64,000 nucleotides of DNA. Source: Tubiluchus corallicola. Lineage: Eukaryota > Animalia > Priapulida. Location: positions 310,001 to 374,000 of the forward strand of contig JAQGDQ010000063.1 in assembly GCA_030141605.1 (NCBI GenBank). The letters are read 5' to 3'. Under the pieces are notes generated by a model, which saw only the letters and a list, made by a program, of their open reading frames with translations, was not told where the DNA came from and did not search any database. The position numbers were made by a program, and so were the translations under genes. Shown here one piece after another: positions 15,001 through 31,918 of this stretch. Within the stretch, counting starts at the first letter, position 1; each line of letters begins with the position of its first letter.

Positions 15001-18000
15001 TACACTGTTGCTTGTCAGGCACACTCCTGCTTGTGAGGCACACTGTGACTTGTCGTGGCACACTGTGACTTGTCATGGCACACTGTGGCCTGTCATGGAA
15101 CACCATGGTTTGTTAGTGTTCACATGCTACACTGTGGCTTGTCAGGCACATTGTGACTTGTCGTGGAACACCATGGCTTGTCATGGAACGTCATGGCTTG
15201 TTAGTGTCCACATGCTACACTGTGACTTGTCATGGCACACTGTGACTTGCCATGGCACTCTGTGACTTGTCATGCTACACTGTCATATTTTGCCCCAGTT
15301 TTTTGAAATAAAACATTGTTAACCTGTTGCAGGTCTAAAGATAAAGTTGAAACTATTATTGATGAAAACATGATACTTAGCAATGGCTCCGTGCACCTAA
15401 AAAAATTAAATAAAAATTTGCTTGGTCAATACATCTGTACTGCAAACAATATTCTTGGAACAGACACAATCTCTCACACTGTTATCGTTTTATGTAAGTA
15501 CAATAAAATTTATTTTGTAAATTTGTGATGTTTCAGTACTCCTACTCAGCTGTTTTCTATCTTAAACGTAGATCATTTCCACTGCTTTTGACTGTTCTGT
15601 GGTATTTGGTTATTATTGCATTTCAGCTCCGCCAGATGCTCCATCTCTGAAGGTTACGGAGAAGTCTGCAAGATCAATTGGTTTAATCTGGAAAGTTACA
15701 AATGATGGAGGCACTTCTGTAACAGGTAAATTCTATTGCCTAAATGCTGAAGAAGCATGTATTAAACCCTAATTTGTGAAGGCTGTGCTAACATTCATGT
15801 CAAAACTAAACTGTTTTGTTAAATGTAAGTATTACCTGCATGAAAGGATAAAGAAATTTGATTATATATGAACTCATAAAGTGTGGAACTGTGGAATCCT
15901 AAAATCCAAATTAAATTTAAATATGCTCATAATGTTTGCTTTTTATGTTACTGCACGGTGTTGAATATTTTTTTGAATACTGTATGTTTCAGCTATTATG
16001 TCTATTGTACAAATAGCAGTTAGTGTTAAATGATTGTATGTTATGGACAAACTTGCTGTGCTACATTTCATTAAGACTAATGTAAAATATTCCGTGTTTC
16101 TCAGGAGGAATGTTACATTACAAGAAAGAATTTGATGAATGGAGTCAGATGTTAGTGGGTGTATCAGATGAACATATTGTTGTGGATAGTTTACATTGTG
16201 GATGTGCTTATCAATTCTATATGGGTGTGAGCAATGCTATTGGAAAGAGTAATGCTAGTAATTATGTCATGTCAAGAACCACTGGATCAAGTATGGCTGA
16301 GTTTCACTTTTTATTATATCTGCATTTTAACAGTGGCCTACCATTTTCTGTGCTTCTTATTACAGTATTAATTTGTTGCATGTAGATTATATAACAAAGC
16401 AAAATTCAAAGTTTGATATACAAGCACATACTTAAAAGTATTCTTCAATTATTGGATTTTGTCTATTGGTTTTTGATATCACGTTTGATAAGGTGAACTG
16501 AAACAGGTAAAATTGACATTTGTAGCTGTTCTTATTGTCAGTTGGCTAACTGGGGTGGAAACTGTTGTAACTTTCTTAATATCCTGACATTTTAATTTTG
16601 CTATTGTCATGATTGTAACAAATGTGTATAGCTAGGTGAATAGTGGAAGATCTACAGAATGCCTTCTTTTAAAAATTTAACACTTCCACTGGACCATCGA
16701 TAATCACCACTGGCACTACTACTGCCATTTCATCAATAGCAGGCAGCCTTTAGGGTTGCTTTAGTGTAAGTGTATGAGTCGTTTATATAAAATCAAATAT
16801 TATACACATTAATTAATATTTGTTTGTCATTTGCTAGATTCTTGGTCATTTTTCAGTGCCTATATCACCTTTGAGCAAAGACTTCCTGTTGTTGAACACA
16901 ACAGACATAGCTTTGAACTTGTCTGCTTGGAGAGATGGCGGCTGTCCAATCAAGTCATTCGATGTCAATTACAAATTAGAAGGAAGGCAATGGAAGACAG
17001 TAGCAAATAATATTGAGGCTCTAACTGACTTATTTCATATCATGGATTTACAATTTGGTTTTAATTATGTCATCCGAGTAACTGCTCATAACGATGCTGG
17101 GAGTACTAGCGCTACCTATGACTTCTCACTGCTGCCACCTGGAAGTAAGAAAAATTCTCAATGTTTTTCATTGACGTCCAGAAAATTTCAAGCTCATCCG
17201 GAAAATCTGAGATTCTAGTCAAATAAGGCTTTTTAACTAAATTGAAGTTGTGTATTTTATTTTTGCAGATGTGCACATTGACTCTGTTAAAGAACATTCT
17301 GATGAGGATTCGAACATTATTGCACCAGTAGGTGGCAGCATTGTTGTATTAGCTATTATCATTGTCATCGGGGTTCTTTATATCAGAAAGAGAAATGGTC
17401 AACAATATCGAGAATCCTGTAAGCATCCATTAACATAAAATCCTTTCTGGAGCTTTGTAGTTAACAAGCTCTCTGTAGTATCGCTTGTGTGTCACATTTA
17501 CTTTATTGTCCTTCTTGAGGGTGAACATGAAAAATGTACATTAAAAAAGTCATGAGCTAAAACATTAATTGAACGAATAGAAAGACTTAAAATTTTATAT
17601 ACAAATGAACACTCTATTGTGAGAAACAAAACTGAATTGTCAAAACTCAAAAGTACAGTTTATTGAACGACCTCAAATGGACCAAAATGAAATGTTACAA
17701 ATGACAAGTGAAATGTTCAGCTTCAAATGATGAAATTTAACATTCGATTTAGTGCCCCAGTTTCAAGATACTACTGAAGGGCATTTTTAATTTGTGAAGC
17801 CCTGCAGTACATTTGCACTTGTATTGTTTATGCTTGCATTTAATTTGATTTATGTCTAACATTGTAATATCTGCATTAAGTTTATGACATGCGTATTTTA
17901 TTTTCTAATGATGAGATTAGGTTGTAAGAGTTTATAAACACAATAAAATTTTTGTCCATACTTCAATAACCTGTACTTTTGAGTTTTGACAATTCAGAAA

Positions 18001-21000
18001 TTGTTTTCTGAAAACAAAGTTTTGTTTCTTACAAGACAGTGTACATTTGCATATAAAATGTTAAGACTTTCTATTTTTTCAATGAATGTTTTAGCTTAGC
18101 TGAGGCTTTAGCTACTACGAAGTGGCTAGTTTTTTATTTGTAGACATGAATCTTTAATATAATAAACACACTCTCATTTTATTACTTCATTTCTTGCCAG
18201 AAGGTTCTTAATTTGTACAGGTGTAATTGTAGGAACATTTCTAGTGGACTAAAATAACTTTGGATAAGCCACATACCTACACTTCTTTAAAAGTTATCTA
18301 GAGTATGTAGAGTTCCCCGTATATAAATTGCATACTTTCGTCTAGTAATTTATTATTAATAATTCATTTGATAACTTATATTGCGTAAGACCTATACAGT
18401 TATGTACATTCGATGAGTCATATGAGTTTTAATAACTTTGCAGCAAGCAAACATTATGAGAAACATGTTGTGCCTGAGGCTGATCTTATTGGAGAACTAG
18501 ATACAGATACTTCACAGAAATGTGGCAATTCTCTAGTAAGAAAGTCTGCTGTAAACCATTTAGGTGAATATGCATATTGACAATATGATTTGCGGAACCA
18601 GTGATGCTGTTACAGTAACATGCCCTTCTATTACTAACTTCATGGTGAAATGTATATAGTTTTAAACGTTTTATTTAATTTCATTTTGCTTCTACTACAA
18701 TAAGCATTCTACAAAATTTTTATTATGTATCTGGACAACAAATTTAACTTATTTGTTGTGTTACTTGAAATGATATTTTTAGATTTTATGAATCGTAAAC
18801 TGACCGTTAAAATAATCTTTCAGTTATTATTGTACAATTACTGTTGACTTGGTGAGTACTTATTGCTTACCCCATAAATAATTACATGGTAGGCAAATAT
18901 TGTATGGTTTTGCACATGGGTTAATACACGTACACAATTATTTTTTGCAGGTTCTGATTATGATGTCAGCCCGTATGCAACTAGTGATGTGCAACCTTCC
19001 GATCCGAACATTAATCTGAATTTTTATCACAATATGCCACCACCATTGCCGAATCGAGCATACGTGTTAACACCTCATCCTGCTGCGTCCGCACTTAACA
19101 CTGTTCTCACTCAAAGATTAACAGATAATAAATGTAAGCTGTTGCAGAAACATATCAGAATTCAGGGGAATGTGTGATGTCTTTGTTAACTCACTAACCT
19201 TAAACAAATTGAAGAAACATCACTTGTTATAGCTTCTCACCATCAAATCAAAATTAATTTCGTGAGTAAAAATCAGTTGCATTTGGTTAAAGTTTGTGTG
19301 ACAAATATCCCTGCAGTTGCAAATCTTAATAAACTAACATGTTAATCTTTGATGTGCTATTATCTTAAATATCCTAATCAAAGCTGTTGATCTATTCCTA
19401 CTAGCACATTTAGTTGGATCACTAGAAGTTATGTGAAGGCAATTGTGCAATAATTACTAAACAATTTATTGTTTGTTTTATTTATCAGATTTTGCTGGTA
19501 GTGCTGTACTTCTGGATGGCAGGTGCATCGTAGAAACTGGCAAAATCACAGTGAAACATGTTGGTGATAAGCCTGCAATGTCTGATTCTACTAATGATAG
19601 TAATGGAGATAGTGAGTTTAAGCCATGTTAGGTTCATCAATGTACCATGATTACAGGAAATGGTGCAGTGCCATAATTATTTTGGTCTTGTCCACTTAGA
19701 ATAAGCCATTTCACAGTTTTGTTGTGTGCACGCCCAGTTGCTGTAGGTCAAAGGTTAAGTGAATCCCAGCAATGCGTCTTAACTACAACAGTCACTTGAC
19801 ATGTGCAAAGCAAAACCGTGTGACACATCAGTTCAGTAACTTCAGTTGTTTTACACAGACTTTACTTAATTGTGCATTAGTCTGTGCATAGAGTGATTTA
19901 CTAGCAGGATCTTGCTTAAGATCAAGAAAAATGAACTAGGTAATGTTCTAGCTGTTAAAACTGTTACTATTACGATAGCTTGGACTTTGATACATTTAAC
20001 CTTTAACCTTTGACCTCTTCATGATCATCGTCAATCACTGAAACTGTGAAAAGGCTTATTGAACTGAATGAAACTGAAGTAGATCAGATCTAATGTAATC
20101 AGACTAATGTACAAGTATTACAAAGATTCCAGTTCTTCAATGCAGTATTATAAACAATTTCTATTTCTTGATGATTATTTCGTGATTATAATGGCTATTG
20201 GAATTAAATTTACTGGAAAATAACTATAATTTCCAAGTTTGGTTGAGGTGCTAATGGAAATGTTATTATGATCTTACCTTATTGTTGTTTTTGAGGTGCG
20301 ATCTACTGTAACTGCATTTTTTGCAATTTTGTGTGTAGATCAAAAGAGAAGAAGTTTAGTTTCTACCAAGTCATCAAATTACGAAGAGCTTAGACAAGCT
20401 TATGATAATTCCAAATGGATGTTTGTTCCGAAGGAGGAAGAAATCATTAAGCAAGATCAACCGCCCCGCCGTGTACCTGGGTTACCTAATGCTGATACAG
20501 ACTCAGCTGAGAGTACGGATCCTGGGATAGTATCATTTACCCAGGTGCCACCAGTAATTAATGAACATAGAGAAGGATCCTGTGTGAGAGCAGAAGGTAT
20601 TTTTTGCCAAAACGTTTGCCATGTTTTGTGTTACTTTAGTTGTGTTTATTAGTAAATCTTTATTGCAGTTAAGATAACAAGAATCACCAACCAGTTTTAT
20701 ATGCAAACATAAAAACAGAAACATTAAGCACATAAAAGTTAAAATAAGCGCAACTGTTTGAACCAAAATTAGAATTCATGAGCCTACATTAAGGGATTAG
20801 GTAAACAGTGCAGGCAAAACAAAAGAATCTAGTGACGATAGTGAGATCTGAAATCAGGTAAATGAATGCTAAGGCAAAGACAAATTCATAAGAGAATAAA
20901 AGAAGGAAAAATAGCAAAAAAGATGTAACCGGTGAAGAGATAGAGGTATATCTATCTAATAATAAAATTAGCTTCAGCTCTATTATAGCTTGATATGGGA

Positions 21001-23320
21001 AAAAGTTACTAAAACCAGCTGTGTCACAGTAAGATCATGATTAAATTGACAAGTAGAGTAGGTGCTAATTCTAATCAGATTTTTACACAAGTTCAGGGAA
21101 AATGTTCCAATCGTCATCAAAGGAATAGATTTTGTTTGCAAGATGACGTATTAGTTTTACTTTAACTCCTTGGCATGTTATACTGCATTAACATATTTAA
21201 TTGACGACCAAGATTATTATGATGGTTAATTCACTCTAAAAACCTATAATCTGTAAAAGGTTCAGGAAAACATATGCAGCAAAACTGATCCTTTTCATAT
21301 GGATCTGTCCAGTAATAATTGTTGCAAGATCTGATTTTATCTGCTACATCTTTAATTCTGAAATTGGCTTCATTTGCCACTAGGTGATGAAAATGACTTG
21401 TTCAGTTCAATGCTGAATCGATTGAGTGGATTCTTCATTGCCCTATTATTTTAATTCCAGATGCAATACTGCAGATACAAAATCTAAAGACCCATAGCGA
21501 GTCTAGTGACACCATGGCAGACCCCGATCCAGCTCCTTACAGAGAGCGTCACAAGCGTCCTAGACGTCTACGTAGTCAGGGAACTAGTCACACAAGATCT
21601 GTGAGGTGTGTACTCATTAATCATTTGACAACACAACAGTTGTGTATTTGTTTTGCAAAATACCAGATTTAGCCAGCAAACTAAAGGCAGTTGCCATGGA
21701 TAAGATACCATTTTGCATGTCTGGTGACATTTATTTCAGAAGTTTAATTTTTGGGATAAATTAAATGTAGTAGTAGTTGCTCCTCATAATTGTCCAGTGT
21801 AAGGCATCACACTTCGTTCAAACTTTTTTGCAAAATCATTTTTTGATTCATTGTGCCTATGAATCTGATAAGTATACAGTCTCCTACTAGCTTGTGTTTG
21901 CTTTAAAGTCTGAAGTCGTAGTAAAGCTGTAAATTCTGACATGTAGCTATTGCCTTCTGGATCTGCAATGAATTATGCATTTCAGGCTGTTACCTCTGAC
22001 TCTCATTAATGGCGATACTATTTGTTATTGTAAGTGATTAACATGGAAAGCATTAAGATTATTTGATATTTCAATATTTTCAGATTAAATGACACATGTG
22101 ACGGTTACTCTAGTTATGCAGGTTTAACGCCGAGTCCACCAGATGACGCCACTATTATACATTCAGGGGATTATGGTGATGTATTCTCAGAATCAGGAGA
22201 AATGGGAAATAATAGGTATGGCTCTTTGCTTAACTTACTTATTGAACATAGTTACATTAACTTTTTCGTATTCAAAATCACTGTATTGACAGTGTATTCT
22301 TTTTTTCATACTGCTAATCAGAATCCAGAAGCTCAGTGCAGTGGCTACTAAAATTAAATAGTAGGACCAGAATGTAGCTCATTACCAATGATAATCATAT
22401 AAGACGAAACACTGAACTCGCAGTAATGTCTTGACCACATTTAGATATATTTACTTGAACAGAGAGAATTAGGCTGAGACAGTATAGCAAATGAAACTGC
22501 CCAGAAGTTATTTTCTGTGGTCACACATTCATCTACTAACCAAACTCAGTACTGCCTAACTGTGAAATTTAATCATGTTTACTGTACTATTAACTTTGTT
22601 TTGAAGCAGCCTTAGCATATGTTTTTTACATTCCACTACAGTATTAACTAAGCTACGAGAAATGTTTTTTCAACGGCAGTTATCTAATATGAAATAAACT
22701 GAAGGTTGGTAGCTATTTCCTTTTCACCAGTAGCACATGCTAGTGCCATGATTTTGATGTATCGACCTATAATATAGGCATTTTTTGCTGTTCTGCATCA
22801 ACTAGCCCAATACTTTTCACAATTGAGCAATTGTGAAAAAGCAGGTTTTTTTAGAATGTAATGCCTCGTATTTTAATATAAATGCCAAATAACTTTCCTA
22901 GCTGAAATTAACAGCTGCATTCAACGATATCACGAGTTTTATTAGTTTTGGCCACTGTGTACATGAGCTGTGTGGAACAATTGAATAAACGGTTACATTT
23001 CATTTGGACACCCTCCCACTGTATTTTATCAAATTAGGACAACTCGTTGTAATTAACACATTTTGTGAACTATTGTTTTTTTACATTAGTTTAGCACTAT
23101 AATTATCATAAGTGTTGTAAACTGAATAATTTACGTAAGATCGCCATGAAATTTGTGCCGTTTTTGACACGGTTTTGCATTTGTCCAATATCAATTTGTC
23201 ACCTGTCATAAAGTTTACTTTATTTTTTCTAGGAACGATGTGAATTGTGTGGGAAGTGCTAATTTGAAACTGTGTACATCAGTTAGAAGTGCATCTACAC
23301 AGGATTATACGTTTGTTTAG
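1..23320 (+). CDS. Dscam: Down syndrome cell adhesion molecule (Dscam) homolog, 5'-partial, 30 exons in window (end of Ig5, Ig6-Ig9, FN1-4, Ig10, FN5-6, TM, cytoplasmic tail)
   Basis: Hand-spliced GT-AG exons: <1-78, 282-392, 1711-1872, 2332-2434, 2714-2895, 4099-4218, 4925-5092, 6217-6361, 8630-8778, 9424-9555, 9728-9892, 10260-10330, 10507-10741, 11215-11370, 11966-12121, 12470-12609, 12984-13137, 14495-14609, 15333-15493, 15627-15725, 16105-16290, 16857-17144, 17269-17418 (TM), 18444-18563, 18951-19133, 19489-19626 (or 19611), 20339-20596, 21461-21605, 22084-22215, 23233-23320. From base 3 they total 4488 nt, one open frame of 1495 aa plus TAG. Dscam-type motifs: DGGLYKCIARNSLGETEHSARLNVYG, VPPRVVPFSF..GDPPI, HNGNYSCVASNLAA, WNGQLQGYYIGYK, LNLSAWRDGGCPIKSF, SPYAT. 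The Ig-FN4-Ig-FN2-TM order is diagnostic. Cytoplasmic exon boundaries are less certain than extracellular ones. Confidence 0.95.
498..680. mobile_element. Degenerate copy of a dispersed TTCGAA-rich non-autonomous DNA element (hAT-like?)
   Basis: By eye, shares blocks (TCATTAAAAC..TT.AAA.ATCA.GCAAT.AG..GTGCAC..TTTTAA.AAAT) with 57365-57590 and 59090-59300. Starts TAGGCGTG, like their TATGAGTG/TATGGGTG starts. Confidence 0.4.
3197..3490. mobile_element. Possible Tc1/mariner relic
   Basis: Begins TA-CAGGGTG, a typical mariner terminus. Partner TIR not found. Ends near a CATAGATGGCAGC motif. Confidence 0.3.
3640..3810 (-). mobile_element. Short LINE reverse-transcriptase relic
   Basis: Minus-strand translation KDTGAILKDGMNINWRNYVLQISETSAR*LG resembles the LINE motif KDLGV.L...L.W..HI..I...A.R.LG. 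Confidence 0.35.
5274..5992. mobile_element. piggyBac-type non-autonomous element (MITE), 719 bp
   Basis: Perfect 14-bp terminal inverted repeats CTCCTTCAGGACCG (5274-5287) and CGGTCCTGAAGGAG (5979-5992), each flanked by TTAA (5270-5273, 5993-5996). No transposase ORF. Confidence 0.85.
6480..7300 (-). mobile_element. BEL/Pao LTR retrotransposon relic (gag zinc knuckle and aspartic protease region) in the Dscam Ig9 intron
   Basis: Frameshifted minus-strand translations: NHRADTCRK..KRCSKRHHYLLC (gag knuckle), VFLMTATAVL..IRVFIDPGATTSLI (protease), IHLQVGSDVY, STAVDSIFGWLLHGP and DLQRLWCLD, all typical of Pao elements. Confidence 0.8.
7780..8195. repeat. G/T-rich low-complexity tract (TGG/TGTGG/TATGG units)
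   Basis: About 400 bp of degenerate GTG/TGG/GGTAT repeats. It produces the His/Pro/Thr-rich and Val/Trp/Gly-rich spurious ORFs. Confidence 0.85.
10951..11046. repeat. Short tandem repeat, ~3 copies of a 33-38 bp unit
   Basis: CCA(A/T)TGTTGT...AAACA(G/A)TTTGT(A/G)CT(A/G)GCT repeated. Confidence 0.55.
13239..13650 (+). mobile_element. 3' fragment of a non-LTR retrotransposon with restriction-like endonuclease (HERO/NeSL/R4-like)
   Basis: Frameshifted translation LYADL..IPFDVMVTVQNPDLVINNRNKKSMILEI/TIPFE..GYSCKLYCIAVGSRALI..SLLASYSIY..W matches the PD-(D/E)xK pattern RPD+V......+ELT+PFE and the +EVG.RG motif. Confidence 0.65.
14808..15286. repeat. 20-bp minisatellite (CACTGTGGCTTGTCATGGCA-like) with higher-order structure, in the Dscam Ig10 intron
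   Basis: More than 20 degenerate units, punctuated by a recurring block CATGGCTTGTTAGTGTTCACATGCTACACTGT. Confidence 0.9.
19700..20060. mobile_element. MITE with 20-bp terminal inverted repeats
   Basis: AATAAGCCATTTCACAGTTT (19700-19719) and AAACTGTGAAAAGGCTTATT (20041-20060), one mismatch. Non-coding interior. Superfamily uncertain. Confidence 0.7.
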
Positions 23321-23936
23321 TAGAAAATGGTTGTTAACTTTATTTGATAAATTACCAAATTAAAGTGAACTCTCACTTGTTGTAGTTTTAGCTAATCTCA
23401 ACAGCTTTTCATATCTTGACAATCTCAACTCTGTATGATAAGATAATGGTACAATACATAAACTAACAAAGGTCTTGAAGATGTAAGCTGAGGTTGATAA
23501 TGTTCATCTAGTTTAATTATGTGCTTGTATCTGGCCACAAGCACCTTTGAGTACATTCATGTATTAATCATTTACTAAAACATATATGACAGTTTTTGTA
23601 AGGAAACTTAGATAAAACAAACGTTTCCATAACTTCCTAGAATTAGTGAGAAGGTATGAAACATTTACTTTTGATTACATTCTTGGGTCATATAACTATT
23701 ATACACGTAGCAAAGTTGAAAGATCTTGTAAGATGCAACATTTATTTAATAATTTTAAAAAATCAGTGGTTAAATATTTCAGCAATTGTGATGCTAAAAA
23801 CTTTGCTGTAGATTGTTTCCATTTGTACCAGTTTCGTATAGTTCAGCAATAAGTTTTGCAGATGGAGACACAGCACACAGGCATGGTAATCACAAATTAC
23901 ATATTTGCTGTATTATAAAATTATAACTCTTATGTA

Positions 23937-23942
23937 AATAAA
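23937..23942 (+). terminator. Candidate Dscam polyadenylation signal
   Basis: AATAAA about 620 nt after the stop codon. Usage not demonstrable from sequence. Confidence 0.35.
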
Positions 23943-24360
23943 GTATGCATACGTATATAAAAAACTTCTTAAAGCTTATCTAAATGCTAAGTGTCATTCA
24001 TTGGAATGCGTCTGCAGTGAATGGCTCAATATAATTGCAATAATGCTCATTTTCTTACAAATTAACCCCTAAAGAGGTGTCAGCATAATACAACAGGCAA
24101 CATGTGGAATCTGTTGATGTTTTTCTTGAAGCATTTTAAGTGAGGTTAACTATGAAACATGTTTTGTAGCAAATTTCACACATAACAGACCAGAGTGAAA
24201 AAAATGGTTATTATCATGATTCCAGTGTTAACTGATCACACCAGACTCCTACCAGATTGACAATGCAACTATCTAATCTCAAGCATGCCTATCTGCCACT
24301 GCTGCCCATGATGAGCTGTCTTTCAAATCTAAAGTGATATCTAGAGTCCATTTTATAGTA

Positions 24361-24525
24361 CAGCCAACCTCTTTATATTGCCTACTTTAGGATTGCAAAA
24401 AAAGTTGGATAGAGTTTGGCATTATAACGAGTACATTAATACATGTCTGTGCAAAAATGGACATTTTGTTTTGCCAAACATATAGGCATTATAAGGGGAG
24501 GGGGTTTTATAACAAGGTTTGACTG
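24361..24525. mobile_element. pogo/Tigger-like MITE, 165 bp
   Basis: TA-CAGCCAACCTCTTTATA...TATAACAAGGTTTGACTG-TA: imperfect TIRs with TA target-site duplication. Confidence 0.55.
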
Positions 24526-24597
24526 TATATCTACATACATCAACAGTTGACCCCTTCTCGACTTTTTCGTTGCAAGAGCTTTTTGTCAAGCCAATAC

Positions 24598-24910
24598 TGT
24601 TCGATCTACACAGGCTTCCCATCGAGCAGCATATAAATTTCAAAATAGTACTACTGACTTTTAAAACATTAAATGATTTTAGGACAAAAATACATTTCAG
24701 AACTTATTAATTACTACATGCTAGCTTGCGCTCTCCTTTCAGCAAACGAATACCAGCTATCAGTGCCAGTGGGAAGGTTCATCAAGACTTATGGGGAGAG
24801 AGCCTTCTCTGTATGTGCGCCACATTTGTGGAACAGATTACCCTGTCATTTACGAGACAAAATCAAACGACTGTATTAAGCGAAGGTCAAAGACATACTT
24901 GTTTAGAATT
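24598..24910 (+). mobile_element. L2/CR1-group LINE ORF2 3' end
   Basis: LHRLPIEQHINFKIVLLTFKTLN..KYISELINYY..LSVP..KTYGERAFSVCAPHLWNRLP, the typical L2 C-terminal motif series, with a frameshift. Confidence 0.8.
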
Positions 24911-25794
24911 TCGTACACACTGCTGTAACTATTTGTACTAGATTTCTCTCATCCTCGTTTTTATATTAGGTATTATTATTTTATTACAGACTTACAGTCA
25001 GAAGCAAATCTAGTTAATTTCAATTAATTCTCATTTCACCTGATTGCTATTACATATTATATTTTTTCAATCTATTTGAAAAAATTTCGTGTGTGCAGCT
25101 AATCAATTACTGGTTTTGAAATTTTTGCTTTTCTGTTTTTAACCTGTATTGATAGCATTTTACTTGTATTTTAAATTGGTATTTTAACTTTCTAAATTTA
25201 CACCTAGTTGTATTTTATTGTAACCAGTGATGAGACTGTGATTAAGTTTTGGATGGTGGAGATTCTTATTTTTTATCTCTAGAAAAACTTTTTCTTAAGA
25301 TAATCAGAACTCACTTTGTTTTTTTAATATTTTTGTGTTGCTTTATGTATTGTGCTGCTATGGTAAGTGCTATTTACCTACTGTTCCATTTACGTACTAT
25401 ATGTGTTTTTACAAGATTCCCCTCTCGTCTCCATCAATGAGGAATATCCATTTGGTATAACTTTGATCTCTCATTATTTGCATTTCTGAAACAGACGACT
25501 TCTTTCATTTCATTTGTTTTGGTTCTATAAATCTAGAATTTTGATATAATGCAGACGCAGATTCTTGCGTTAAATTCCATCTCGAGTAATTTCTCAAAGT
25601 ACGAACAATGAAATATTATCTTAGAAAATTCGCATATGTATTGTATGACGCGCACAAAATATTGCCTTTCTTTTTGAAATGTTCTACGTCGATTTCTACT
25701 TTTGTTGTGTAGATGTAACTCAGATATATTATTTATTAAGTTAAGGACGTCACTTGTACACTTTTAAATCAAATATTTTTGCATGTTGCACAGT

Positions 25795-31918
<6,124 letters not shown>

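Noticed and set aside
14762-15265. Cys/His-rich ORFs resembling metal-binding peptides, or a CRISPR-like array
   Set aside because: Translations of a 20-bp minisatellite. Units are contiguous with no unique spacers, and the context is eukaryotic with no cas genes.
18201-18251. Possible second TM exon or micro-exon after the Dscam TM exon
   Set aside because: Both candidate readings stop almost at once and the hydrophobic run is too short.
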